A DNA stretch of 64,000 nt from Octopus sinensis. Lineage: Eukaryota. The stretch is taken from contig NC_042998.1 of the NCBI RefSeq assembly GCF_006345805.1, positions 165,974,001 to 166,038,000 of the forward strand, read 5' to 3'. The notes beneath the pieces are model-generated. The model ran no database searches. It saw only the letters and a program-made list of their open reading frames with translations, and was not told the DNA's origin. The translations under genes and the position numbers were made by a program. Shown piece by piece: positions 27,097 through 39,874 of this stretch. How positions within the stretch are numbered: position 1 is the first letter of the stretch; the number at the start of each line of letters is the position of its first letter.

Positions 27097-28530
27097 TAGC
27101 AGAGATACCCAGCCTTGCTCGGGATTAAAATGGCATAGATTTTTATTGCTTTACTTGATTCAGTCATATGACTGTGGCCATGCTGGAGCACCGCCGTTGG
27201 TTGAAGAAATCAACTACAGGTTTTATTCTTTATAAGTCTAGTACTCATTCAGTCAGTGTCTTTTACCAAACTGCTAAGTTACAGGAATGTAAACACAAAA
27301 TACTTGACTGGCTTCCATGCTGGTGGCACATAAAAAGCACCATCCGATTATGGCCGATGCCTGCTCCTCTGGCCCCGTGCCTCAATAGGTCTTCACAATT
27401 ATCAAGAAGACTCTGCCTGCCACTGATTTTCTTGTCTTTATGGGGTCAGTTTTAATTCATAGACTAGTTTATCAAATCCCTTGTATATCTAAGGCTGAGG
27501 GAACAGACGGCAGTATCTGTTAGGGGTAGGGCTGATGGAATAGACAGACATTCTAGTTGGTATAGTCATAAAAAATCAAGATTTATTATAAGCAATATCA
27601 TGAGGTTTAGTAAGGGAAAACTTAACACAAGATGTTAGCTGATAATTAAGGGGGTCGCCCATTAGCAGACTATTGATAATGAAACCTTTGGCAATGTGCT
27701 GTGCTTGAGAGGACTTATCAAGCTAAGTGCATCCCGTGCTAGTGGCATGTAAAGGATAACATTTGAGCATTGGGCCTCATGGAGGCAAAGTGTTTGAGTT
27801 CCTTTTGAGTGTTGGGTCTCACAGAGGCAATGACTGAGACCTTTGGCATTATGTCGTGCTTGAGAAGACGCATCAAGCCGAGCAAAATCGCAGTCGTGGC
27901 AGATACCGGTGTCATGTAAAAGCACCCTGTAAGCCTAGTCTTATCATATGGTACTATAGTTAAATATTTTAAATAATGTTGCTATGTATACCGTTAAAGT
28001 TTAGGGTTATTCAAAGGATTATTAAGAAGAATATTATAACAAAAGGATAGAAATTTATGAATACTTTTGAGTATATACTAAACTTCTTACCACAATAGAG
28101 GGAGGAAAAGAAATTATCCAGAAATAGTTTAATATTTATACATATTGTATACTTATATACTAACTCATCAGATGGTATCTGTGAATATTGATTAATTGGT
28201 ATATACTGGTATTAATAAAGGAGTATTGGGGTAAAGGAACATGCTAATTATACATTAATAAAATTTTAATCTAAGCAGTATTTTTTTTTATAAGTAGTGA
28301 ATTTACCAGTATAGTTTTATATAAGCTAAGTACAAATTTATAGAGATACAAAAATTTGGCCTTCTTTCTCCTCCTTCAGTAACTTCTCATAGTAACATTT
28401 CCAAGCCATGTTAGTAAGGACAAATGCACTGCTATCATACCATTTACACTTTTTACCCAAGCAACATCATGAAATATAATTCAAAAAAAGATACAGAAAA
28501 TGAAGAGAATTTTAATGTAATGTGGTTCAC

Positions 28531-28669
28531 CTTTTAACAGCATTTGTTATTTTTTCCCCCTTCATGTAGGGAACTAGATGGCTGAATGAATAACCAGAAT
28601 CAATAACCAAACTGCAGAGATTGTTGGTGCTTTGTTCTCGTCTTAGTTTGTAATCACTTAAATGGCTGG
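28531..28669 (-). CDS. ACTR6: ACTR6 coding exon 5 (SHLSDYKLRREQSTNNLCSLVIDSGYSFSHLVPYMKGEKITNAVK)
   Basis: Acceptor tttcag, donor AG|GTGAAC, 139 nt. Contains the actin-fold phosphate-2 motif IDSGYSFSH. Confidence 0.95.
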
Positions 28670-28929
28670 CTGAAATAAGGAAAAGAAAAAGGAGGTAGGA
28701 CAGGAAGGAGCACTTTGTAGGATTTAGGTTTAGAAAACTAAATATCCTCTACCAGATTATTTTATATTTCATCAGGAATTTTATGCCAATATAGCAATGG
28801 ATTAGTTAAAAAAAACTGAAGCTTTGCAATGATCTTGCTTAGACAATTGTTCTTTTTATAATATAACATGTTATTAAAAGAACAACCCTTGTAGCAATTA
28901 ATTACAATATCTGATTTTACAATACAACC

Positions 28930-30190
28930 ATCATCACCATTTAGCATCTGTTTTCCATGCTAGCATGGCCAAGATGGTTTGACTGGGGCCAGTAAGCCAA
29001 AGAGCTGCACCAGGTTCCATAGACTGTTTTGGCATGGTTTCTATGGCTGGATGCTCTTCCCAACTCCAACCACTCCATAGAGTGTACTGGGTGCTTTTGT
29101 GTCACTGGCATTGGCCATGACTATGATTTCACTTAGCCTGATGTGACTTCTCAAACACAGCAAATCGCCAAAGGTCTTGGTCACTTGTCATCACTTCCAT
29201 GAGACTCAACATCCAAAAATCATACTTCACCATCTTGTCCCACCTCTTCCGCAGGTTCCCTCCACAGCTGTCCTCATCCATACACATCACATGACCATAC
29301 CAGTGCAGTCTTCTCTATTGTACATTACATCTGATGCTTCTTATACCCAGTTTTTCTCTCAAGATGCTTACACACTGTTGTATGTACACACTGACTTATT
29401 AGATAAAACTTCTTTATATTACAAATGCTGGATTTCTATTTCACATTGAGAAAATATTTTAATTTCAGTTGCTCTTCTCTGACTCAGCTTTAAAATAGAA
29501 ATATATGCACCAATAAATGCACTTATTTTTATCACAGCCACATTTTCTAGGCAGCAATCAAAGAAAAAAACTGGTATGGTAACTCAGTAATATGTTGCAA
29601 CAAACAACATAGATATATGGTAGTCTGAAGTACATAGATAGATGGCACTTGTGTCCATGGCCATCATGTCCTAAGACTTAATCATTAAAACAAACTAATG
29701 TCAGAGATGACATACAAACCAATTTTAAAACTGTTTCTCTGTTTCCTCAACCACCACCAAAATAGCTGTCACATTCTCCCATCCTTGCCAATTCTGTTGG
29801 AATATTTGCCACCACCTGCATCTGATTCCATTTAATGAACATGTCTCATCTACTACCACCATCTTTACTGTGACTCATCATCATCAACATCCATTTTGCA
29901 TGCTAGCATGGGTTGGACAGTTTCACAGGAACTAGCAAGGCCAGGGACTGCATCAAGTTCCCTAGTCTGTTTTAACTTGGTCTCTATGGCTGGATGCCCT
30001 TCCTAATGCCAACCACTTTACAGAGTGTACTGGGTGCTTTTTACATGGTACCATTGCCAGTGTTTTTTATGTGGGACCAGCACCAGCACTTTTTATGTGG
30101 CGCTAGCACCCACACCAATGCTTCTTGTTTTTAGGATTTCAATTTTGTTGTGGTGAACGGGTTTTCTTGAGCACAGCAATGTGCCTAATA
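28930..30190 (-). mobile_element. Two RTE 3' fragments (about 28930-29345 and 29875-30190)
   Basis: (CAT)n-led reverse complements of the RTE tail. Confidence 0.7.
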
Positions 30191-30719
30191 CATATCCTTT
30201 ATTAAACACTTTTCCCAATACTTCCTTTTGAAGAACTGAGTATTTTATCACTCAACTAGCAACCAGCAACAGACAAATCCAGCATTGACTGTTATAACCT
30301 AAATCAGTCTTATTTATTCCTAAAAAGTTCTGAGAACATTACTTCCTTCTTGGGCTAATGAATAAAAAAAGAATTTTTTGAGTCAAATCTAGTGACACTA
30401 ACAAACATTGTTAGGTCAGATACTACACTTTAATATACAGGTATGCTTTGTGTTACTTAAGCATTGCACTCCTCAAAATCTTGCTATAATGTGAAGTTCT
30501 GAACTACAAAAAAAAAATATCCCCACTGACTTCCAGTCGATATGGAAGTCAACTGGGAAAATATGTTTCACATTACAGAACTCATGTTACAGTGAGGTTT
30601 TTTGAACACAACCCTTCCATTCTTCCATAATGTAGAGGATGCTTATACTAAGAAATAGCCTAGATAGATAGAAAATAAAATGTAAATTTTCTGTTGAAAA
30701 GACAATTTTTCTTTCTTAC

Positions 30720-30843
30720 CATTGGTTCTATAGATAGCTTGGAATTGGTAATCCTCAAAGAAAATTTCATTCATTGCTTCTTGAATGGATAAGAAGTTGA
30801 AGTGGGGTTCAGTGACAACAAGTGTTGTCTCACTAAAGTTCAC
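30720..30843 (-). CDS. ACTR6: ACTR6 coding exon 4 (VNFSETTLVVTEPHFNFLSIQEAMNEIFFEDYQFQAIYRTN)
   Basis: Lies inside ORF 30643..30849. Acceptor ttgcag, donor G|GTAAGA, 124 nt. Contains the TEPxFNF..IQExMNEI motif. Confidence 0.95.
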
Positions 30844-30887
30844 CTGCAAACAGTTGATAATAAATTATTTTTAAAAATGCCATATTT

Positions 30888-31298
30888 TAACCCCTTAGCA
30901 TTCAGATTATGCTTTTTCATTCACATCGTTTTTAAGTAATCATGCACTATCTCATAGCTTCAAAATTTTGATGATGTAATTGTATATTTCAAGAATGACA
31001 TGAAGGGTAGGTGTAATAGGGTGGATTTGGTTGGTTTGAACATATAATAGATAGCATATTTGGATATGGCTAGTTCAAATGCTAAAGGGTCAAACCAGCA
31101 ATATCCAGTCCAAATATTCCACCTGTTTTATGTTCAAACTTATCAGATACAGCCTTTCACACCTACCCTACAATGTCATTCTAAAAATAAACAATCACAT
31201 CTTCAAAATCTCAAAGGTAACAGTAATGCTTGATTAATTCAAAACAATGTGAATAAGTATCACATTTGACAGAATAATCTGAAAGCTAAAGGGCTAAA
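30888..31298. mobile_element. Two adjacent, oppositely oriented copies of the second piggyBac-like MITE family
   Basis: TTAACCCCTTAGCATTCAGATT...AATGCTAAAGGG, then an inverted copy ending AATCTGAAAGCTAAAGGG. Confidence 0.6.
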
Positions 31299-31509
31299 TA
31301 ATGATTATCATATTATAAAAGAAAATAAGTTACTGATGGCTTTGCATTATATCTGTTTAGTTTTATTCATTTTATTATTTTGGATTATCATTTTAGATAT
31401 CCACAGGATTTTGTATTAATCACTGAGATGACACTACATTCCATTTTGTAATAATCTACAATGTGTAGGCTCTCTAAACTATAAAAAAAAATTAGTAAGA
31501 TATATATAA

Positions 31510-32600
31510 TCATCATCATCATTCAGTGTTTTAAACTCAGGTTGGATAGTTTGACTGTGGACTGGCAAGCCAGTAGGCTGCAACAGGTTCCAATCTAAAA
31601 CTGCAACGTTTCTACAGCAGGATGCCCTTCCTAATGCCAACCACTCTGAGAGTGTAGTGGGTGCTTTTTATGTGCCACCGGCATGGGAGCTAGTCAAGTG
31701 GTACTGGCATCAACCACATTCGGATGGTGCTTTTTACATGCCACCAGCACAGGATCCAGTTGGGGGGAGACTGGCATTAACCACGTTCGGGTAGTGCTTT
31801 TTACATGCCACAAGCACAGGGAGCCAGTCAGGCGGCACTCACATCGACCCACGCATGAATGGTGCTTATTACATGCCACCAGCACAAGTGCCAGTTAGGC
31901 AGCACTGGCATTGGCCACATCTACAATTTCCAATTTGATTTCGATCTTGATTTGCATTTGATTTTGATATTTCTCAAGCGCAGCGTATTGCAATGATACA
32001 AGGGTGCTTTTAAATGGGCTGGTTATGTGACACTGGTATAGGCTACGGCTATGATCTCACTTTACTTGCAGGTTCTTCTCAATCACAGCATATTTCCAGA
32101 CGTCTTGGTCTCTTGTCATTGCCTCTGTGAGACCCAACGTTCAAAGGTCGTGCTTCACCACCTCATCCCATGTTTTCCTGGGTCTCCCTCTGCTATGGGT
32201 ACCTTCCACTGTTAGGGTGTGACACTTCTTCACACAGCTCTTCTCATCCATATGCAGAATGTGACCATACCAGTGCAGTCATCTCTCTTGTACACCACAT
32301 CTAATGCTTCTTATGTCCAACATTTCTCCCAGGGCGCTTACTCTCAGGGTGCACACTGACATTACACATCCAGCGGATCATACTAGCTTCATTTCTTTCA
32401 AGCCTATGTATGTCCTCAACAGTCATGGCCCATGTTTCACTGCTGTGTAGCATGGCTGTTTGCACACAAGCATCATAGTCTACTTTTCACTCTGGCAAGA
32501 GGCCCTTTGTTACCAGCAGAGGTAGGAGCTTTCTGAACTCTGCCCGGGCTATTCTTATTCTAGTGGCAATGTTCTCAGAGCATCGACCCCCACTACAGAC
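31510..32600 (-). mobile_element. RTE LINE 3' fragment with (GAT)n tail
   Basis: Reverse complement of the 3' part of 34745-36951 (RIRIARAEFRKLLPLLVTKG...). Confidence 0.85.
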
Positions 32601-33200
32601 TCTCTCTTGAGATTCCATCTGATGTACTGCAGTATGCCTTTGTTGATCTTGAGAAAGTCTCATCTCCCTTCTTTCTTGAGACTGTATTTGACATGCTGCA
32701 GCATGCGTTTGGTGATCTTTAGAAAGTGTCATGTCCCTTCTGTGTTGAGACTCCATCAGACGTGTTGCAGCATGCCTTTGCTGATGTTGAGAAACATAAA
32801 CATATTCACAGACACACACACATTCATGTAAAAAATGTGAGGATATGCACACATACACTCTCACATACAGACATACACATGTAGTAAGAGAGACACATAT
32901 AGACATACATTCACACGTGTAAGTCATCACGTGTATATGTACGTGTAGATGTTTGTGTGTGTTTAGTAGTGTACCTAACATGGAAACACACACACACTGT
33001 CAGAGAGACAGACACTCATAGGCCCCCACACACATACAGTCAGAGACACATACACACTCATATATGTGATGTCATGTTGGTGGTTTGAAATGTGCTTTAC
33101 TATCTCATACGCAAATACACACACAATAATGAAAGAATAAAAGTGAAGCAATATTACACAATAGTTTTCTATAGAGGGAGAAACATAAATAGTGTATTTA
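32600..33200 (-). mobile_element. Second, truncated copy of the STPR-bearing Helitron derivative, abutting an RTE fragment
   Basis: ORF 32487..32993 shows about three of the 23-aa repeats, fused to RTE C-terminal sequence. Confidence 0.6.
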
Positions 33201-33878
33201 AATAGACACACAGTCACAGACACATACATATATAAAATACATACACTCTCACAAACAGACCCATACATATAGTAAGAGAGACACCTACAAACATTTACAC
33301 AGATTTGGCTGTTATTTCTAGCACCTCCCAAGACAACCCTCCATATTTTTTTATCACTCACATGTATTGATGTTTTTTGATATTTTTCTTTCCATCTATA
33401 TATATAAAACAAAGGACGTCTGTATGTGTGTGTAATACATATGCATTTCTACAGTTTTCAACTGATTTTCACCAAACTTTACACACACATTACTTATGTG
33501 CCATGGATGGTCATGCACTATAACATTTTGCCCAGAACTCCTGTGTAATGCAACAAACCAACTGTGAAAAAAGTACTCCATCTATTTCAATACACTGCTT
33601 ACATTTCTCAATAGCGTACCAACTGGTGTTGGTGTATTTATATCCCTGTAATTTAGTGGTTCAGCAATAGGATAAGTACCAGACTTTAAAAAAATAAGTA
33701 CTGGGGTCAATACATCCAACCAAAAAAAAGTTCTTCAAAGCAATGCCCTAGCATGGCCACAGCCTAATGACGGAAACAAGTAAAAGATAAAAGAGAAAAG
33801 ATGCCTCAATATTTCATTAATTTCCATTCCATGAAACAGCTTACAACAGCAGCATCAGTAAAGAAATGAGTTGCTCAC

Positions 33879-33947
33879 CTTCAGAACATCTTTGCCGAAG
33901 AGATAATCCCATACTTGTTTCTCAATCTCCCAGTTTACTAGGTAACC
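33879..33947 (-). CDS. ACTR6: ACTR6 coding exon 3 (GYLVNWEIEKQVWDYLFGKDVLK)
   Basis: Acceptor taacag, donor AAG|GTGAGC, 69 nt. Contains the ARP6 GYLVNW..QVWDYLFG motif. Confidence 0.95.
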
Positions 33948-34429
33948 CTGTTAAATAAAAATTTAAAGGAATTTAAACAAAATTAAAAAAGAATTAAATG
34001 ATCCAATAGAACTGCATATTTTTAAACATAATTATGGAAAGTTAGTATCTACGAAAATAATATTTGAAATCATCACCATCAAAATCGTTTAATGTCTGTT
34101 TTCACATGTGGGATGTATCATCTATTACACCTCCAAATACTGGCTCACATAAGTAAAAATATCATCAGCTTAAAAAGCAAAGTTACAAAATTGTTCCACT
34201 ACTAGCTTGCTAGAATACAACAGAATGGGAGTATTCTCATCACTCTTCTCTTTAACTTCTCATGTCACCCCCTCTCAAGCTTGTCATTCTTCTTTAAATC
34301 ACTTTAACTATATTTCATCTCTCACATTTTAGCACTTTTGTCAAATCCTTTTCTGCAGAAATGGCAACCAAAAGACTCTCTCTCTCTCTCTGAGTGAAAG
34401 GAATGTATATGAGCAGTAATGCTACATGG

Positions 34430-34740
34430 TAGTGAGACATGTGCCGTAAATGCAGAAGACATGTGAAGACTAAAGAGGAACAATGCAAGTATGCTCCACT
34501 GGATGTGCAATGTCAGTATACATATGCGACGGAGCCCTAGTGTATTGAGAGAAAAACTAAGCATAAGAGGAATTAAATGTAGTGTGCAAGAGAGAAGACT
34601 GTGTTGGTTTGGTCATGTAATACATATGGATGTAGACAGTTGCAAACAGAAGTGCCAACCATTTAAAGTGGATGGAGCCTGCAGAAGAGGGAGGTCCAGG
34701 AAGACATGGGATGAAGTATTGAAGATCAATGTCAAGATTC
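34430..34740 (+). mobile_element. Older RTE C-terminal fragment in tandem upstream of the younger copy
   Basis: MLHWMCNVS...ERRLCWFGHV...GRSRKTWDEV. Confidence 0.75.
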
Positions 34741-34744
34741 TGCA

Positions 34745-36951
34745 AAGAAAGAGGCTTGGAGATGCCATTATGAAAGGCTGCTGAATGTGGAGAATGAATG
34801 GGAGGAGGAGAGCCTGCCAAATGTTGACCCAGTTGAGGGGCCTGAATCGATAGCACCATAGTAGATAAAGCAATTAAGGATACAAAGTCAGTAAAAGCCC
34901 CCAGCCCGTCAGGAATCACTGCTGAGATGCTTAAAATATCTGGTGGTGTGGGTTATGGTCTTATCACCCATATTGTAAATCAGGTAGTTCACGAAGGAGT
35001 CATACCCAATGACTGGTGTAGCAGCACAATAGTCAACTGCTACAAAGGTAAAGGTGATGCTTTAAATAGAAATAACTACAGGGGTATCAAACTGCTGGAT
35101 CAGGTGATGAAGGTCACAGAGAAGGTCATTGCCCAACTAATTAGGGAGAGAGTCAGTCTAGATGAGATGCAGTTCGGTTTTGTGCCAGGTAGAAGTACCA
35201 CTGACGCTATATTTCTGGTAAGGCAACTACAGGAGAAATACCTAACCAAAGATAAACCCCTGTACTTGGTTTTTGTTGACTTGGTGGGCGATGCAGAAAC
35301 TAGGGGTAGACGAGTGATTAGTAAGAGCTGTACAGGGATGCTGTCAGTAAGGTGAGGGTTGGCAACAAGTTTAGTGAAGAATTCCAGGTAGAAGTAGGGG
35401 TTCACCAAGGATCAGTCCTCAGCCCCCTTTTATTCAGACAATAACAGAGGAATTCAAGACAGGCTGTCCCTGGGAGCTTCACTATGCTGATGACCTTGCT
35501 CTCTGAATCACTACCAGAACTAGAGAAAAAATTTCAGGTGTGGAAGCAAAGTTTAGAATCGAAGTACCTTAGAGTCAATGTTGCAAAAACCAAAGTCCTA
35601 GTAAGTAGGAAGGCACACAAATCACAAACCCCTTCAGGTAGATGGCCCTGCTCGATCTGTAGCAAAGGTGTAGGTAGAAACTCCATAAGATGTACCCAGT
35701 GTAAGCTATGGACACATAAGAGGTGCAGCAACATCAAAGGAAAGTTAACCGGGATGATAGTTTTTGTGTGCGGTAGATGCACAGGGGCAATAAACACCGA
35801 AGATGTTCAGAAAACAGATTCCATCACATGCTAGGGGTAGAAACTAGAAGTAGTTGATAGCTTCTGCTACCTAGGTGACCAAGTCAGTAGTGGGGTCAAT
35901 GCTCTGAGAACATTGCCACTAGAATAAGAATAGCCTGGGCAAAGTTTAGAAAGCTCCTACCTCTGCTGGTAACAAAGGGCCTCTTGCTCAGAGTGAAAGG
36001 TAGACTGTATAATGCATGTGTCTGAACTGCCATGCTACAAGGCAGTGAAACATGGGCCATGACTGTTGAGGACATACACAGGCTTGAAAGAAATGAAGCT
36101 AGTATGATCCGCTGGATGCATAATGTCAGTGTGCATACATGACAGACTGTAAGCGCCCTGAGAGAAATGTTGGACATAAGAAGCATTAGATGTGGTGTAC
36201 AAGAGAGACGACTGTGCTGGTATGGTCATGTGCTGCATATGGATGAGAAAAGCTGTGTGAAGAAGTGTTAAACTCTAACAGTGAAAGAAACCCATAGAAA
36301 AGGGAGACCCAGGAAGACATGGGATAAGGTGGTGAAGCATGACCTTCAAATGTTGGGCTTCATAGAGGCAATGACAAGAGACCAAGACCTCTGGAGATAT
36401 GCTGTGATTAAGAAGACCCAGCAAGTAAAGTGAAATCACAGCTGTAACCTATACCAGTTTTGCATAACCAGCCTATTCAAAAAGTACCTTTGAATAATCA
36501 GGCGACACGCCATGCTTGAGGAGACCTATTGGGTCAAGTAAAATCAAAATCAAAATCACAGTTGGAATCTCAATCAAATCGAATTCAAATGGAAATTGTA
36601 GATGTGGCTGAAGCCAGTGCCACCTGACAGGCTCCCGTGCTGGTGGCACGCAATAAGCCACCATTCATGCGTAGGCCTATGTGAGTGTCGCCAGACTGGC
36701 TCCCTGTGCCTGTAGAACGTAAAAAGCACCATTTGAACATGGCCAATGCCAGTGCAGGCTGACTGGCTCCCATGCCAGTGGCATGTAAAAAGTTCTCTCA
36801 GAGTGGTTGGCATTAGGAAGGACATGCAGCTGTAGAAACCTTGCCAGATCAGACTAGAGCATGGTGCAGCCTCCTGGCTTGCCAGTCCCCAGTTAAACCG
36901 TCCAACCTATGCCAGCATGGATAACGGACGTTAAACGATGATGATGATGAT
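34745..36951 (+). mobile_element. 5'-truncated RTE-clade LINE (RT domain, 3' UTR, (GAT)n tail), antisense in ACTR6 intron 2
   Basis: NYRGIKLL, MQFGFVPGRSTTDAIFLVRQLQEKY, QGSVLSP and YADD-region motifs with frameshifts. The 3' UTR ends TTAAAC(GAT)n. Confidence 0.9.
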
Positions 36952-36994
36952 CTAGGGGGCATGTCATCCTCAGACAAAAATATAAAATAAAAAC

Positions 36995-37112
36995 CTTTTG
37001 AAATGGAAGAAGGTAATACAGTCCAGACAGGTCCTTGCAATCTTCAATCTGGTCACCAATGAATATTCGCGTTCGTACATTTTTGGCTTTGGAAACACAA
37101 TTTGGGACATTC
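36995..37112 (-). CDS. ACTR6: ACTR6 coding exon 2 (NVPNCVSKAKNVRTRIFIGDQIEDCKDLSGLYYLLPFQK)
   Basis: Acceptor tttcag, donor AAG|GTTTTT, 118 nt. Matches the ARP6 PNC...DLSGLxYxLPFQK region. Confidence 0.95.
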
Positions 37113-37204
37113 CTGAAATGACAAATTAATTAATTTTAAAACGGAAATAAAAACACTGATAGCATTAAAATTAAAAATTTAATTGGAAGAAATTTCATTA
37201 TATC

Positions 37205-37380
37205 TATTGGTTTCAAATTTTAACACAAGGCCAGCAATTTCGTGGGAGTTTGTAAGTCGATTACATCGACCCCAAAGGCAAAGTCATCCTCAGCGGAAAC
37301 TGAACTCAGCACTCAAAAAAAGACGAAATGCCGCTAAGCGTTATGTCTGACGTGCTAACTATTCTGCCATCTCGCTGCCT
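37205..37380 (-). mobile_element. tRNA-derived SINE with Nin/Deu-like domain (internally deleted)
   Basis: Same family as 12920-13135. Confidence 0.6.
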
Positions 37381-38223
37381 TATCTCATTTCGAACATGTG
37401 CAGCAATATTTTCCTTCAAACTTTTATACAAGTTTTACTTAAAATTACAACGTTACCGACGCCATAAGAACTTATAAAGTTTCACGAAAACATGAAATCA
37501 TTTTCTTGGAAACCCAATAGTTACATGCTATTGTTTATAGCTTCATGTGCTTCGCGATCCACTGTTTCAAAAAATTAAATTAGGGCATTTGCATATTGAA
37601 AGGTCGACACTAACGTTATTTTTCAACCTGGTTGCACAACAAATACCCAGTCACCCGCGACATTACTAATACCGTTAAGGACACAACGTTTAAAAGTTTA
37701 ATCCCTTAACTGAAGTAGCTACAGTAATGTCCCTTATATTCACAAAGAAAAACAACAATCGTATATTTCGAACTTCAAGAGAGCCACTGTTTACAGTTTA
37801 TAACATTAAATCTGGAACAATATATGTATACATCTCTCTCTCTCAAATGAAAGGAATATACAGTAAACAAAACGAAAAAATACACAACACACTTTAAAAT
37901 AGCGACAGAGCAAAGCTTAGCGTCGATATATTATTCGTCTGTCTTAACAGGTAGTAGAAAAATATATATATATATATATATATACCTATATATATATATA
38001 GACACACACACTCACGTGTGAGTGCGATAGATAAATTGATAGATAGATAGATAGATAGACAGACAGATGTAGATATAAACAAAAGACGATGAAGCCACGT
38101 GAGTGGATTTCAATTAGTGAACTCTAAATAATTTCGATTAATATAATACCAAGTTTGAGAAAAAAAAAGGGAAATGTAATGCACTGAATAAAATAAATGC
38201 ATGAAGTACTTTGGAGATATTAC

Positions 38224-38294
38224 CTTGGTTGTTCGTCAGTGGAAAATCCTATTTTGGAAAAACCGGCACCGTTGTCTAGAACAACTACCGCCAT
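38224..38294 (-). CDS. ACTR6: Actin-related protein 6, coding exon 1 (MAVVVLDNGAGFSKIGFSTDEQP)
   Basis: Hand translation gives the actin-fold N-terminal motif VLDNG..KIG. ATG at 38294-38292, donor AG|GTAATA, 71 nt, phase 2. Confidence 0.95.
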
Positions 38295-38695
38295 CGTGCC
38301 ATAAATCAAACTTAATGTCGTAAATAATAATATTTCTCTTTGTCTACAAAAACCGTTTAAATAGATTTTTAAAATTATTTGAAGAGTTTAAAACGTATTA
38401 AAGTTTTTTTATGTAATTTTTATTATTAATAACCAATCTGGAGGGAATTGTCGTAAACGAGTGTACGCCAGCAGACACGATACGATAGCTGGATCAGGTA
38501 TTTACATTTAAAATTCGTCGGACGTTGTTTTTTTTCACGATCAGTCAATAAATAAGTATAATATACCTATGTTAATTTAATGATTCCCTATTATTTTGTG
38601 AGCTAATGCTAAAGAAAGTTTTTAAATTCCTAGCAAACCAACCTTTTAAACTTTTTCAACATTCCATTATTTTCGGTTATATTTTATTTTTTATC

Positions 38696-39220
38696 TTTTA
38701 CTTGTTTGAGTCATTAGACTGCAGCCATTCTAGGGCACCGCCTTGAAGTTTTTTTCGGTCGATTTTCTTTCTAAAGTTTGGTACTTATTCTATCCATTTT
38801 TTGCCCAACCGCTAAGTTATGGTGACGTAAACACGCCAACACCGGTCGTCAATTAATATTGGAGACAAACACACAGACTCACATATGTGCATGTATGTAT
38901 ATATGGCGATGCTTCGATATAGGTACATACGTGACTTTGTTTACATTTCTAAAGATAACAGAACCCCCCTAAACCCCCCCCCCCCCATATAAAAAACACT
39001 TTCTTGAAATGTATCCTGTACTTCGGTACATATACCGAAGCTACGCCTGTATATATATATATATATGACGGGTTTCTTTCAGTTTCCATCTACCAAATCC
39101 ACTCACAAGGCTTTGACCGGCCCAAGACTATAGCAAAAGACTCTAGCCCAAGATGGCACGCAGTGAGACCGAACCAGGAACCATGTGGATGGGAAGCAAA
39201 CTTCTTACCACACACCCATG
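38696..39220 (-). mobile_element. tRNA-derived CORE-like SINE with expanded middle
   Basis: Reverse complement of the same family. Confidence 0.75.
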
Positions 39221-39686
39221 CTTAGAACCTTTTCTCTCTCTCTCTCTCTCTTTCTTTTTTAATGGCAAAGTCAAAGGAGGTAGTGTAGTGTCAATGACCC
39301 TATAGTGATTTGAACCCTAACCGCTAGATACTTAGGCATCACGAGTGAGCCACCTTTGTTTCACGTGAGTGATCTCTAAATCGGCCAATCAGCGAGGTAT
39401 CTTATGGCTTCTCAGATGTTCAAGAATTACCCTCGTTTTAACCGTTCGGCGCCTAACTCAACAGGCAGATGACCTACGGTATTTGACCAGACGGCTTCAG
39501 ATTTTAGCACAGATGACTTTGGGTACTCGGACAGACAGATTCTGAACGTTCACACGGTAACCCATAAGTAACTTTCTACTAACACGATGCAGTCTTCTCT
39601 CCTCCCAGCCGGCGTTTGTATTAGCATCTTTAAAGGTTCGTAAGTTTGCTTCAGTTATTCATGCAACCAACAACATTCCACATCAC

Positions 39687-39874
39687 GGTACTATTTAAGA
39701 AGAGTGGTCCCAGTGCGCGCACTCGCGCAAGCTAGTCGTGACTAGTCGATCCTACAACGACTACCTAGCAAAGTAAATAAAACGCAAAAACACAAAGTAA
39801 GGATCGACTAGTCACGACTAGCTAGCGCGGATGCGCGAGTGCGCGCACCGGGACCACTCTTCTTAAATAGTACC
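39687..39874. mobile_element. Mutator-like MITE (188 bp) with long TIRs and 9-bp TSD
   Basis: TIR GGTACTATTTAAGAAGAGTGGTCCC... (about 67-75 bp, one mismatch, one 8-nt indel). TSD CCACATCAC at 39678-39686 and 39875-39883. Confidence 0.8.

Noticed and set aside
32487-32993. 168-aa STPR-RTE fusion ORF as a real chimeric gene
   Set aside because: It starts in microsatellite-like sequence and is best explained by adjacent truncated insertions.
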